A DNA stretch of 32,000 nucleotides from Promethearchaeum syntrophicum (GCF_008000775.2 NZ_CP042905.2:1680001-1712000), one strand, 5' to 3'; positions 1-10,279 are shown, counted from the stretch's first letter. The notes: generated from the sequence alone by a model not told the origin. Numbers and translations: made by a program.

Positions 1-797
1 GCGAAAAAGAGAAAAAAACCGATTTTTGGAAAAAAATTACTGATTATATAAATATTGAACAATTGGATGATATTTTTAGTAGCGATACAGGACTCTTGCG
101 TACCATTTTAAGCAAGGGAATCGAAAAAGCAACCCATATGCCTGCTCTTGATTTTATGGATCATTTTACAAATGATGAAGAAAAAGTAATTCAGATCATA
201 GGTTATATCGGAGTTCATCTTGTGAACGAATATGGCCAATTTCTTGATAAATTAATGGAAAAAGAAAATACATCAAAGGTAATCGGCCATATGTTCTTAT
301 TTATTAAAGAAAATATCGAAAAATTTGTCCCCGTTTCAACAATTGGAGAAATTAAAAATTACTTTGCTGAAGTATTTGAAGAAATGGCTCCTGCGGTTTT
401 TGTGGAAAATTTACGTAATATTCCATCAGAAGATGTTGTGCAATTAATACTTCAAGGTATGCAAAAAGCTTTAATTGATATTGGAGTAGATTTCTCTGCC
501 TTAAAGGAATCTATTAAAGATGAGTTTAAAAAATCCGAAGAAGAGAAAATTGATAAAGCTTTAGTTGAATCTGCCTCTGAAAAAGAGAGAAAAGAACAAA
601 AAAATCAATTAATGGAGGAATTTTTAAAGGAATTTATGATTGTTTCAACAGCTTTAATTACTCTTCCTTCCCAAATAGCTATAGTTGTGCTCTATAATAC
701 TATTTCTGGGTCATCTGAAATATTTTCAAATCTTTTTAATAGTCTAAAGGATAGTATTCAAAAAATTGTGGATCTTTTCGAAGAACTAAAAGAATAA
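1..797 (+). CDS. hypothetical helical protein, 5' end probably outside the window
   Basis: The ORF track gives 63..797 with a TTG start. The same frame is open with no stop from nt 3 (EKEKKTDFWKKITDYINIEQ then LDDIF...), so the gene likely starts upstream of the window. E/K-rich helical composition; no motif recognised. Confidence 0.55.
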   Translation, partial: EKEKKTDFWKKITDYINIEQLDDIFSSDTGLLRTILSKGIEKATHMPALDFMDHFTNDEEKVIQIIGYIGVHLVNEYGQFLDKLMEKENTSKVIGHMFLFIKENIEKFVPVSTIGEIKNYFAEVFEEMAPAVFVENLRNIPSEDVVQLILQGMQKALIDIGVDFSALKESIKDEFKKSEEEKIDKALVESASEKERKEQKNQLMEEFLKEFMIVSTALITLPSQIAIVVLYNTISGSSEIFSNLFNSLKDSIQKIVDLFEELKE

Positions 798-812
798 TTC
801 CGTTCCACAATA

Positions 813-820
813 TTTTTTTT
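813..820 (+). terminator. oligo-T run (T8) downstream of the first CDS
   Basis: tatttttttt at 811-820, 16 nt after the stop at 797. Oligo-T tracts are the usual archaeal termination signal. Confidence 0.3.
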
Positions 821-841
821 GTTTGTTTCATTTTTCAAATC

Positions 842-1024
842 ATGTCTTCAAAAGAATATCGTGAATTAGCTGAACAAATAAGGATCAAAAGACAGTTACC
901 TTATACAATATCAATAGAAAAAATTGATGGAGATACGATTACAACTCACAATATTTGGGGAAATACCGTTATTTACAAGGAATTAAAGGATGGAGATTTT
1001 GAAATCCTACAATACTCTGATTAA
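842..1024 (+). CDS. small hypothetical protein (60 aa)
   Basis: ATG-initiated ORF in a gap between larger genes, with no competing ORF. No motif recognised. Confidence 0.4.
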   Translation: MSSKEYRELAEQIRIKRQLPYTISIEKIDGDTITTHNIWGNTVIYKELKDGDFEILQYSD

Positions 1025-1052
1025 TTTTTAAACTAACTATTTTACGATTTTT

Positions 1053-1922
1053 TTACGATTTAATGAAATTCATTGCTTTCTTAATTTTTTCTAAGTCATC
1101 TGCGTTAATTTCTGGAAATTCTTGGTTAATTTTGTCGATATAACTGTCTGGAATTCTCCTAAATTTGTATATTATGAATCCAAGAATAAATAAGAAACAA
1201 CTAGGGAGAAAAAATAGTACAAAAAATGAGAAACCAGTAATATAAATAAATTCTGCAGAATTGATTGCATCTCCAGGTAGTAAAAGTTTTATTTTCCAAA
1301 TGCTCCATTGTGAGTAGGTGATAAGTAAAGAATCCACTAGATATAAACTAATAAGAAATAGCATTGAAAAAATTAAAAAGAATTGAATTTTAATAAGTGA
1401 TTTCTTATCGATACCAAAAAATCTTTCAAATTTTTTATATCTTTCATTTGCACTATCTTTAATAACTAAATTCATACGCGAGTTTATCAAAATCAAAGAT
1501 GATAATAAAAACCAAGTCATCAAAAAGATCAAAATAAGTAGAATTGTATACCAAATTCCATAGTTTTGCATTAAATGCGGATTATTCTTCGAATCCAAAC
1601 CAAATAATCCAATAATTAATATTTGGATAAATGAGGATCCAAATAATATTAGAGAAGGTAGTGAATCATTGCTAAATAAGTGAAATTTTAAACTATAATT
1701 AGAAATTTTCATCTGGTAATGTTGTAAATCATTGTAAATTAAGAAAAAGAACAGTCCAACAATTGTAAATAACGGATACAAAAATAATAAAATAGAGTTC
1801 CAATTTTGATTGTAAACTATTAGAAGTTCTATAAGTAAAACCAAGAACACACTTAATAACCATTTATTGGTTAATATTTTAGAAATCGGTTTATTTGTAT
1901 CTAATTCACCTAATTCATCCAT
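1053..1922 (-). CDS. polytopic membrane protein, unknown function
   Basis: 289-aa ORF with at least 6 long hydrophobic L/I/F-rich segments separated by short polar loops. Confidence 0.6.
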   Translation of the reverse strand: MDELGELDTNKPISKILTNKWLLSVFLVLLIELLIVYNQNWNSILLFLYPLFTIVGLFFFLIYNDLQHYQMKISNYSLKFHLFSNDSLPSLILFGSSFIQILIIGLFGLDSKNNPHLMQNYGIWYTILLILIFLMTWFLLSSLILINSRMNLVIKDSANERYKKFERFFGIDKKSLIKIQFFLIFSMLFLISLYLVDSLLITYSQWSIWKIKLLLPGDAINSAEFIYITGFSFFVLFFLPSCFLFILGFIIYKFRRIPDSYIDKINQEFPEINADDLEKIKKAMNFIKS

Positions 1923-2081
1923 TATAACGTAAATATAACGGGTTAAAAATAAATTTTTTCAATCTTTTTTAATTTTAATTCTAATTTCTATTAAGCCATT
2001 AAGGAGTGAATCCAAATATAAAAGAAAATTAGAATAATCCTTAAGTTCATTTTCACTTGATCAAATAAATTGTGATTTTTC

Positions 2082-4067
2082 ATGGTTATCTTAGGATATA
2101 ATGATTATTTCCCGTATTCCTCATATCGCCCTTCTCAAGAAAAGGTAATTCAGGAGATTTCAGAGGCGGTGGCACTTGGGAAAAATTCAATATTAATTGC
2201 TACAAACGGAACAGGAAAAACCGTCATGGCTCTTTCTGCAGCTCTTCCCATTGTTATGCAAGATCCAAAGAGGAAAATTTTGTTTTGTTCAAGAACTTTT
2301 ACTCAAAATGCTCGTGTAATTGAAGAATCAAAAGAAATTGTACATAAAAATGGTGATGGTGATAAAATTCAATCTTTTGGCGCTTTAAGTCTACGTGGGC
2401 GTAATGAGATGTGCATCCATAAAACAATAACTAGATTGAAATTACCCCCTAGAGAATCTATGAGTGTTTGTGCAACTTTACGAAAAAATAAGAGGTGCAA
2501 ATTCTTTCTTAATCTTTTTAAAAAGAAAAGAAATAAGGAATTTGAAGATTATCTAGAAATTCTCGCAGAAAGTCCATTGGAATCCCAAGATTTAATGGAT
2601 CTGGCTGAGAAAGATGATCTTTGTCCATATTTCTTAAGTAAAACATTGCTAGCAAAAGAAAAAATCGTTGTCTGTAATTATCAATGGATATTTGAACCCA
2701 ATATTAGAAAAAACTTTATGGAAGCAATGGGTACTACTTTATCAGATTGTGTAGTTATTATGGACGAATGCCATAATCTTCCTGAGATCGCTACTGGAAT
2801 TAATTCATTTCGGTTAACCCCTTTTACTTTATCACAAGCGTTAAAAGATTTAGAAATATTTAGAGCAACTCTTAATTTAATTCATTTTATTGAGAATCTT
2901 GCAGAAATTTTAAAGAATATTAAGAAAAATCAAAATTTCAATGAAGTAAAACTGAAAAAACATCGTTTTCTTCAAGAAATTCTCAAAAAAAACAACTATA
3001 ATTCTTTGACTGAGTTAAAAAAAATACTTATTGATTTGAACGAATACGGTGAAGCAATCCAAGCCGAAAAAATCGAAAGGAATATGATTCTGAGGGATCA
3101 TATTTTCCCAATCGTTGATTTTTTTAACCAATACATTGATCACATTGATGATGAAGCATATTTTCCTTGTTTAACCATGAAAGACACTTCTAAAGGAAAA
3201 TCTATTGCATTAGAAGTAAAATGTTTCGCTCCACGCCTAATTACTGATCCCATTTTTAAAGAAAGTTTTGCCACATTATCTTTATCTGGGACATTACATC
3301 CGTTTACATATACGCAGCTATTGGGACTTAATGAATCTGGAAAAAAGTTAAAAATTATAAAAATGAAACCTCCCTTTCCAAAAAAAAATGCAAAAGTACT
3401 TTTAACCCGCGATCTTAACACACGTGGAAATAATCGAACAGCAGAAACGTATCGGAGTATCCTAATTGCATTAAAACCAATCTTAATGAACACTCCTAAA
3501 AATGTAGGTGTATTTTGTGCTTCTTATGAAGTTTTAAATGGGTTATTGGATAACGATTTTGAACGGCTAGCAAAGATGTGCAATAAAAAAGTATACCATG
3601 AAGAAATGGGATTAAGTGCTAAAGATAATGATGTAATAATTGAAAATTTCAAAGAACAAAGTACCAAAGAATCAGGTAACGGTGCGGTGCTATTAGGCGT
3701 CTGTGGTGGAAGAAATAGTGAGGGGGAAGATTTTCCTGGAGATAATATGAATGCCGTTGTAGTTGTTGGTATACCGTTTCAACGCCCTACTCCCAGTGGT
3801 AATGCAAAGAATAATTATTATGAGAAGTTATTTCCTGGTAAGGGACGCCTTTTTGGATATACAATTCCCGCTTTACAACGTTCTAATCAAGCCTGTGGGA
3901 GGCCAATACGAAAAATGGATGATAGAGGTTTGATAGTATTAATGGATAATAGGTTCTGGCAACATCGCGCCTATTTATCAGACTGGATCCAGCAATCTAT
4001 AATAAAAATACCTAATAACACCACTATCATCAAAAGAGAAGTTCAAAGTTTCTTCTTACATGAGTAA
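2082..4067 (+). CDS. xpd: XPD/Rad3-family 5'-3' DNA helicase (Fe-S helicase)
   Basis: Walker A ATNGTGKT; DEAH box as MDECHNL; four Cys in the Fe-S insertion (EMCIH, SVCATL, KRCKFF, DLCPYF); C-terminal motif VI QACGRPIR. 661 aa, typical for archaeal XPD. Confidence 0.9.
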   Translation: MVILGYNDYFPYSSYRPSQEKVIQEISEAVALGKNSILIATNGTGKTVMALSAALPIVMQDPKRKILFCSRTFTQNARVIEESKEIVHKNGDGDKIQSFGALSLRGRNEMCIHKTITRLKLPPRESMSVCATLRKNKRCKFFLNLFKKKRNKEFEDYLEILAESPLESQDLMDLAEKDDLCPYFLSKTLLAKEKIVVCNYQWIFEPNIRKNFMEAMGTTLSDCVVIMDECHNLPEIATGINSFRLTPFTLSQALKDLEIFRATLNLIHFIENLAEILKNIKKNQNFNEVKLKKHRFLQEILKKNNYNSLTELKKILIDLNEYGEAIQAEKIERNMILRDHIFPIVDFFNQYIDHIDDEAYFPCLTMKDTSKGKSIALEVKCFAPRLITDPIFKESFATLSLSGTLHPFTYTQLLGLNESGKKLKIIKMKPPFPKKNAKVLLTRDLNTRGNNRTAETYRSILIALKPILMNTPKNVGVFCASYEVLNGLLDNDFERLAKMCNKKVYHEEMGLSAKDNDVIIENFKEQSTKESGNGAVLLGVCGGRNSEGEDFPGDNMNAVVVVGIPFQRPTPSGNAKNNYYEKLFPGKGRLFGYTIPALQRSNQACGRPIRKMDDRGLIVLMDNRFWQHRAYLSDWIQQSIIKIPNNTTIIKREVQSFFLHE

Positions 4068-4068
4068 T

Positions 4069-4770
4069 TTAACTTGAAAATGCAATATACAATGGAATAT
4101 AATGAAAAATTGCCCCGAGTAATATCCATATATGAAAAATTTCATGAAAACCAAATTTTCCTGGAATAGGATTTGGTTTTTTCATCTTATAGATTATCGC
4201 ACCAATTGTATAACTTAAACCGCCAGTAAAAAGTAGAATTATTGAAACCAAGGGCATTACTTGTGTTAGTTGATAAATTGGAATTATTGCTACCCACCCC
4301 TGTACTAAATAAATTGTAATTGTTACCCATCTGGGAGTATTTAATACTAAAAGCTTTAATATAATCCCCGAAATTACTAAGATCCATTGCAATAGTAGTA
4401 TACTCCATCGCCAAGCCCCTTCTAAAAATAGAAAACATATTGGAGTATAGGTTCCAGCTATCATGATAAATATTGCAATATGATCCATCTTCCGCCAGAA
4501 AGACTCTTCATTTTCTTCTTTCTTCTGAGCATGATAAATGGCTGAACTGATGAATAAAAAGAAGGTTGAAAGACCATAAATTAATGCAATTATAATATTA
4601 ACAATGTTTCCGTTCGACTTAAAAATTAAGATTGACATTCCTAAAATTGCCAATATCGCGCCAAATAGATGGGACATGCTTGAAAATTTCTCTTTTTGAC
4701 TAACCTTAAAAGAATTTTTCTTTTTTTTCTGTTTCAAATCAAGTTGATGGATATTTAAACTGTTTTGCAT
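4069..4770 (-). CDS. hemolysin-III / PAQR family membrane protein
   Basis: Seven hydrophobic segments. Family motifs SAIYHA, MDHIAIFIMIAGTYTP and C-terminal FGFHEIFHIWILLGAIFHY. Confidence 0.8.
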   Translation of the reverse strand: MQNSLNIHQLDLKQKKKKNSFKVSQKEKFSSMSHLFGAILAILGMSILIFKSNGNIVNIIIALIYGLSTFFLFISSAIYHAQKKEENEESFWRKMDHIAIFIMIAGTYTPICFLFLEGAWRWSILLLQWILVISGIILKLLVLNTPRWVTITIYLVQGWVAIIPIYQLTQVMPLVSIILLFTGGLSYTIGAIIYKMKKPNPIPGKFGFHEIFHIWILLGAIFHYIPLYIAFSS

Positions 4771-4998
4771 AAATCAATATTCTCCGTTTATTTTAAACCT
4801 AAATCTCTCTGTTAATTGATAAATTTGCCTGGAAACTCTTGAAATGAATAATTCTAACTACTTTAAATTAAAATTTTAAAAAAGATTTAGGAAAATATGT
4901 TTTTACTCCTATGTAGATTTAACAATATATAATATTTAAACTTTTCAAATCTCTTTTTTAGAAAAAATAAAAAATCTTTCAGCTAAGTTATTACATAC

Positions 4999-6831
4999 AT
5001 GACAGATTCCAAACCTCACAAAAATATTTGGGTGTTTTGTTTTGAATATGCTGGTGTTGCAAAATTTGGTGGACTTGGTGAGGTATCCGCTAATCAGTGC
5101 CGTAGTCTCATCAACGATCCTGCTATAGATCTACAGATTTTCATGCCATCTCACGGTCGCCATCGTGAATTAAACAAATTAAATCTTAAACCTAGGTTAA
5201 AACCAGATGGAACTAAATTAGTATTGAAAGGTCATTTTGATCCCTCTTATTTTGGTAAAATTCAAGATCACTCACTCTCTTTCATGAAATTTCAATCTTA
5301 TTCGGATCTGGGTTATTTTGAAGTTGAAATCTGGCAAGGCATACTCGATAATGTTCCTATAAACCTCCTTGTTGGGGTCAATCCCATTTCTGCTAATTTA
5401 TTGAATGACCATGAGATCTACGGTTTTTCTACTTTAAACGGAAAAATGGGGCTATATGCTCATGTAATGCGAGAATATATGCGGTATTGCATTTATGAAC
5501 AACCTGAATTAATTCCGGATATAATCCACATCCATGATCACCATCCTGTGGCAGCCCTTTTATGTTGTCGACAAGAATTAAATAAAATGGATAAAGATGT
5601 TCGGACAATTATCACAATGCATTTATTAACATGGCCAAGAAGAGAGTTACCCTTTTTCTGGAAATGCGGTGTCAATAATGAACCGATGTTGGTTCAGATT
5701 GGAACATATCGAATATTGAAAAATATACAAGAAATATATGAAATGTGTCAAGATGGTGAAGATGTTGCACCTACCTTAGAGAAAATAGGGTGTGCCATTG
5801 CAGATAGAGTCATCGCGGTGAGTGAAAACTTTTTAAACTCAGATATTATCCCAAATTGTGGGGAAGATATAATCAGGTGGAAGAGTGATTTTACTTGGAA
5901 TGGATGTGATTGGGATTACCTCCAAAATCTAGAAAATATTTGGGTGAAATATTCCGAATTTTTACCCATAAAATCTATCGAGGATGTTAATTCTTGGGAT
6001 TTACGGAAATATCTCTTAGAAAATTGCATGGGAAACCTTCCGATAAATGAACCATATATTAAAAGCTTTGAAATAAAAATGGCAATTTCAAAAGAGTTTA
6101 ACGATTATCCTTATAGACCTGATTGTTCTGTTGAATCCTTTCAGTCGGACGGTCCTTTGGTGCTAATAACCGGTAGAGTATCCCCTCAAAAAGGTATAGA
6201 AAATATTTTGCTCGCATTACCTTACGTTTTATCCAAGATTCCTGATGCTAAATTTCTGTTTTTAATGGTACCCACAACTTATGGGTTAGCTGATTTACAG
6301 AACTATATGAAAACGGCTCGAAAATATCCGGATAATGTTAGATTTATATTTGGAATTGCTGGGAGCATTTATATGTTAGCCCATCTCTCTTCTGATGTTT
6401 ATTGTTGTCCAAGTAGATGGGAACCGTTTGGTATTGTTGCTCTCGAGGCGATGGCTTCAAAAATACCCGTCATCGCAACCTATGTTGGGGGATTAATGGA
6501 ATCGATGCTGCATCTGGAAGATCATCCCAAAGAAGGGACTGGTTTATTATGTCCCAATGAAGATGTAGATGCATTACAATTTGCATTGGTTTCCTTAATT
6601 ACTACTATGCAAATAGCGGAAGAGAAAAAAAAGAGTCCGAATTTAACAAATAAAGATTTCAAGAAGAAATTTGAGAATATTTCACATCCAAAACTCCGTG
6701 CCCTTGTTGAAAATGACTTGCTTTATGGAGAAAAAATTCGGAATAATGCCTTAGATCGGGTTGAACGTAATTTTCGATGGGAAATTGTATCTCAAAAATT
6801 GAAAAAAATTTACCTTAGCCTTAATTACTAA
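4999..6831 (+). CDS. glgA: glycogen/starch synthase-like glycosyltransferase (GT5, GT-B fold)
   Basis: N-terminal FEYAGVAKFGGLGEV matches the K-x-GGL(G/A)DV motif of GT5 glycogen synthases. C-terminal EPFGIVALEAMASKIPVIAT is the GT-B nucleotide-sugar motif. At 610 aa it is longer than typical archaeal GlgA. Confidence 0.75.
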   Translation: MTDSKPHKNIWVFCFEYAGVAKFGGLGEVSANQCRSLINDPAIDLQIFMPSHGRHRELNKLNLKPRLKPDGTKLVLKGHFDPSYFGKIQDHSLSFMKFQSYSDLGYFEVEIWQGILDNVPINLLVGVNPISANLLNDHEIYGFSTLNGKMGLYAHVMREYMRYCIYEQPELIPDIIHIHDHHPVAALLCCRQELNKMDKDVRTIITMHLLTWPRRELPFFWKCGVNNEPMLVQIGTYRILKNIQEIYEMCQDGEDVAPTLEKIGCAIADRVIAVSENFLNSDIIPNCGEDIIRWKSDFTWNGCDWDYLQNLENIWVKYSEFLPIKSIEDVNSWDLRKYLLENCMGNLPINEPYIKSFEIKMAISKEFNDYPYRPDCSVESFQSDGPLVLITGRVSPQKGIENILLALPYVLSKIPDAKFLFLMVPTTYGLADLQNYMKTARKYPDNVRFIFGIAGSIYMLAHLSSDVYCCPSRWEPFGIVALEAMASKIPVIATYVGGLMESMLHLEDHPKEGTGLLCPNEDVDALQFALVSLITTMQIAEEKKKSPNLTNKDFKKKFENISHPKLRALVENDLLYGEKIRNNALDRVERNFRWEIVSQKLKKIYLSLNY

Positions 6832-6861
6832 AATAACTAATAATTTAATAAGTGAAATTTT

Positions 6862-7680
6862 ATGATAGAAAAAAAAGAACAGAAAGATGAAAAGATTATA
6901 TGCTCGGCCATATTTGAAGGTAAATCTTCTCGTGTAGTAATTACTGATTTTGATTGTGCCGTGTTTAAATCCCATGACAATCCTCCGCTTTTTATTATTG
7001 GATTTACTGGTGTTGGATTGGTTGGAACAATTGTATCCAATGAATTAATTGTACAACTAAAAATGAAACAAATTGGCTATGTTCTCAGCGAAGACCTTCC
7101 ACCTATCACACTTTTTTATGAAGGCATATTGAAACACCCCTTTCGTATATATTATTCTACGGAATATAATATTATTGTGTCCATTTGTGAAGTCCCTTTT
7201 AATCCCGGATCGTACATTGATTTATCTCGAACTTTAATGGATTGGGCACTTCATAACGAAATTCAAGATGTTATATGTCTTCAAGGAATGGCAGATGAAT
7301 CCTACCACCTTTCAGACAAAAAACCACCGGTTTATGCAGCGGCAGAAAGAGAAATCTTGGATAAAATTCTGACACTGGGTGTAATTCGACCCCCAAGCGG
7401 GGTACTACTTGGAGCTGAGGCAGCGATGTTAAATGAGTGTTTGAACAATAAACTTAATGGGGCAGTATTTTTAACTCCTGCTAATCCGAAATATCCCAAT
7501 CCTGAGGGAGCTGCAATAATTATGGAAAAAATTTCAGAAATTTATAAATTTCCAATTAAATTAGATACTTTACTCAAACAAAGTGCTGATATTAAGAAGA
7601 ACCTCGCGGAGTTAGCACAACACACAACAGAAATGCATTCACAAGGACCATTAAAACCATTTAGGGATTTGTATGCTTAA
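6862..7680 (+). CDS. PAC2-family proteasome assembly chaperone-like protein
   Basis: FIIGFTGVGLVGTIVSNELI resembles the conserved GFPG-x-GLVG N-terminal motif of archaeal PAC2 proteins. Size of 272 aa fits. Lies 30 nt downstream of glgA on the same strand. Confidence 0.6.
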   Translation: MIEKKEQKDEKIICSAIFEGKSSRVVITDFDCAVFKSHDNPPLFIIGFTGVGLVGTIVSNELIVQLKMKQIGYVLSEDLPPITLFYEGILKHPFRIYYSTEYNIIVSICEVPFNPGSYIDLSRTLMDWALHNEIQDVICLQGMADESYHLSDKKPPVYAAAEREILDKILTLGVIRPPSGVLLGAEAAMLNECLNNKLNGAVFLTPANPKYPNPEGAAIIMEKISEIYKFPIKLDTLLKQSADIKKNLAELAQHTTEMHSQGPLKPFRDLYA

Positions 7681-7761
7681 AATGGTAACCTTTTTTCTCT
7701 TTTTATGATAAAACCAAAAAAATTTAATTAAATGGAAATTTGGTATTCTTAAGGTTTAATC

Positions 7762-8049
7762 ATGTCAGATATTGTTATAGGTTTAAAAGGTTCCATTGTT
7801 AATTATCGAATGTCCAAGAAAATAATTCATCCCCGATTTTCAATTTTAATGTTTGATGGGATAACTACGAGAACAGATGCTGGAAAAAAATTACTCGGTC
7901 ACACAGTACATTGGACTACTTCATCCGGAAAAGTAATGAAAGGAAAAATTACACGTGTACACGGAAATAATGGTGCAGTCTGTGCTCATTTTAAAGATGG
8001 CGGTTTACCTGGGCAAGCTTTTGGCACCAAAGTCACTATTGTTAAATAA
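7762..8049 (+). CDS. rpl35ae: large-subunit ribosomal protein eL33 (L35Ae)
   Basis: 95 aa. GKITRVHGNNGAVCAHFKDGGLPGQAFGTKVTI matches the conserved L35Ae C-terminal core (GK-I-x-RVHG-x-x-GAV-x-A-x-F-x-x-GLPGQA-x-G). This family is restricted to archaea and eukaryotes. Confidence 0.9.
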   Translation: MSDIVIGLKGSIVNYRMSKKIIHPRFSILMFDGITTRTDAGKKLLGHTVHWTTSSGKVMKGKITRVHGNNGAVCAHFKDGGLPGQAFGTKVTIVK

Positions 8050-8181
8050 AATTATTATTATTTATTATCTATTTTTCTTATTTTTACAAAATTTTTGGAT
8101 ATAAAATTGAAATGTACAAAAATTTACACGGTTTATGCTAAGTAAGTCCGCTAAAACACATAAAATAAAAAAAAAAGAAAT

Positions 8182-8778
8182 TTAGGCGTTAACCATAATT
8201 TCTTGGGCAGAAATTGTTCTATAACAATTATCGACGGGATATACTACGACATATAATGTACTGGACGTTAATCCAGCAAATTTACTATTCCAAAGTACAG
8301 AAATGTTATATGTACTTGCAGGTAAATTCCCAGTTTCAAAGGAAATTTCTATATACTTGGTGTATTGAACTAATTCTCCAATAGGGCCATTATAATATTC
8401 TGAAAGTTCAACTGTTTCGTTTTTTACTCCCTCAATTTGCAAAGTGATATGATAAAAAGCCCCACCGTTAAAATTATCACTTAATAAAAGAGTTAATTGT
8501 ACATCAAAGGAAACTGATAACTTCGTATTTCCTTGTGTTGTGATGTTCATTTCTGTATCTAGCATCTTACTTGGAATTAGATCATCGTCTCTTATTTGAT
8601 CACTGCTATTAAATTCCTGATATTTCGATTGAATTACAACTTCACCGTTCGTTGTTTCACCATTCACAATATTTGGAAATAATAAAGGAAGACCGAAATA
8701 TATACCTGCTCCAGATATAAGTAAAGTAATGAAAACACTCGCTAATATTGTTCCTACTGTATTCATTTTTGTGCCCAT
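8182..8778 (-). CDS. N-terminally membrane-anchored extracytoplasmic protein, unknown function
   Basis: A single N-terminal hydrophobic helix (VGTILASVFITLLISGAGIYFGL) followed by a beta-rich domain with several N-x-S/T sequons. Confidence 0.55.
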   Translation of the reverse strand: MGTKMNTVGTILASVFITLLISGAGIYFGLPLLFPNIVNGETTNGEVVIQSKYQEFNSSDQIRDDDLIPSKMLDTEMNITTQGNTKLSVSFDVQLTLLLSDNFNGGAFYHITLQIEGVKNETVELSEYYNGPIGELVQYTKYIEISFETGNLPASTYNISVLWNSKFAGLTSSTLYVVVYPVDNCYRTISAQEIMVNA

Positions 8779-8964
8779 TTTTTACACCTAATTGATGAAA
8801 AACTTTATGAGAAAAAATAAAGCTTACTAATTATTTTTTTTAGATTTTAATAATGTTATCTATGCTTACCAGAAATGATTAGCAATTTATTATCTAAAAA
8901 TTAAAGTAAAAAAATTTCTTATTTTGGTTTCTATTATTCTTATTTTCATTATTTCCTTGAGATA

Positions 8965-10185
8965 TCATGCCTTTTTGTATGCGATTTCACCATCTACCAA
9001 GGTCATTTCGACGTTTGCGTAGAAATTTGTAATGGGATGATCAGACCAAATTACTAAATCAGCATCTTTACCTTGTTCCAATGATCCAATGCGATCACCG
9101 ACCCCAACCATTTCGGCTGCATCGATTGTGACTGCTCGTAAGGCAATTTCCACTGGTAACCCACATTTCACTGCCATACACGGGAGCATTTGGAAATAAA
9201 GTAAGCGGGGGAATGTATCGGATTGGATCGAGATTTTAACTCCTGCTTTATGTAAAATAGCTGGAGTTTCAAATGTAATATCTTTCAGCTCTGATTTTTC
9301 GAAACCTACAATTGATGGGCCTACGGAAACGGGAACATGTTTTTTTGCCAAATAATCGGCGATTTTATGACCTTCAGTGCCATGGACAATCATTAATTTG
9401 AGATTAAATTCCTCACACAATCTTATTGCAGTAACGATATCGCTATGCATGTGACAATGGATATGAATTGGTATTTCTCGATTTAACACTTTCAAGAGGA
9501 CTTCTTTATCGAGATCCCTATCTGGCTTCGCGGGAATTTTGTCTAATTCTCCTTTTTCTTCTGCAGCTTTCTTCTTCGTTTCATAATCTTTCCATTTCAT
9601 CTCATACGCTTGAGCATCAACAAAAGCTTTCCTAAAGACACTTGCTATTCCCATTCGGGTCCCAGGGGTTTTTTTATCAGCACCATACACTCGCTTTGGA
9701 TTTTCACCTAAGGCGGCTTTCATTGCTGATGGTGCTCTGATGACATAATCTTCAATAGCTTTTGACTTCGCCCAGGTTTTAAGTAATGCAAATTGTCCTC
9801 CAATTACATTAGCACTCCCTGGACCGGTATTGATTGTAGTGACTCCTCCCTTTACACCTTCAACGAAATTTGGGCCTTCAGTATTAATAGCATCGATAGC
9901 TCTGACCATTGGGGTAGAAGGATTGGTCATTTCATTAACATCGACACCCATATCTCCAAAAGATGCATCATAAATTCCTTCATGGGTGTGGGAATTGACA
10001 AATCCTGGGATGATAGTTTTCCCTTCCGCATTGATAACCTCATATCCTTCAGGAATTGGTTTATCTTGGGTTAAAATTGCTTCAATTTTTCCGTCTTTTA
10101 TTAATAACGTACCGTGATCAATAACAGTGTTACTTTTATCACACGTATAAAGTGTTCCATTCTTTATTGCATAAGCCATTGTCAT
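8965..10185 (-). CDS. metal-dependent amidohydrolase family protein
   Basis: N-terminal beta-sandwich plus IPGFVNSHTHEG (the H-x-H metal motif), internal HIHCHMHSD, and C-terminal GSLEQGKDADLVIW typical of the amidohydrolase superfamily. Confidence 0.8.
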   Translation of the reverse strand: MTMAYAIKNGTLYTCDKSNTVIDHGTLLIKDGKIEAILTQDKPIPEGYEVINAEGKTIIPGFVNSHTHEGIYDASFGDMGVDVNEMTNPSTPMVRAIDAINTEGPNFVEGVKGGVTTINTGPGSANVIGGQFALLKTWAKSKAIEDYVIRAPSAMKAALGENPKRVYGADKKTPGTRMGIASVFRKAFVDAQAYEMKWKDYETKKKAAEEKGELDKIPAKPDRDLDKEVLLKVLNREIPIHIHCHMHSDIVTAIRLCEEFNLKLMIVHGTEGHKIADYLAKKHVPVSVGPSIVGFEKSELKDITFETPAILHKAGVKISIQSDTFPRLLYFQMLPCMAVKCGLPVEIALRAVTIDAAEMVGVGDRIGSLEQGKDADLVIWSDHPITNFYANVEMTLVDGEIAYKKA

Positions 10186-10279
10186 TCAAAGGGTAAAATT
10201 TTTCATAAAATAAAAATTAATTTGCAGATATAGCTGTTGGATATAGTTGAAAATTTTCAGATTCCAATTTGAAATATTA

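Noticed and set aside
3140-3493. Antisense or nested ORFs inside confident genes: 3140..3493, 4187..4438, 9793..10074, 10314..10571, 11699..11917, 12011..12250, 15672..15917, 17597..17806, 19059..19259, 22101..22331, 26123..26389, 27867..28103, 29693..29965, 30488..30679, 30836..31078
   Set aside because: Each is embedded in or antisense to a longer ORF with recognisable motifs or membrane-protein character. None has features of its own.
6751-7040. Minus-strand ORFs 6751..6975 and 6837..7040 spanning the glgA/PAC2 junction
   Set aside because: They overlap the ends of two plus-strand genes with family motifs. Hydrophobic low-complexity products typical of antisense AT-rich sequence.
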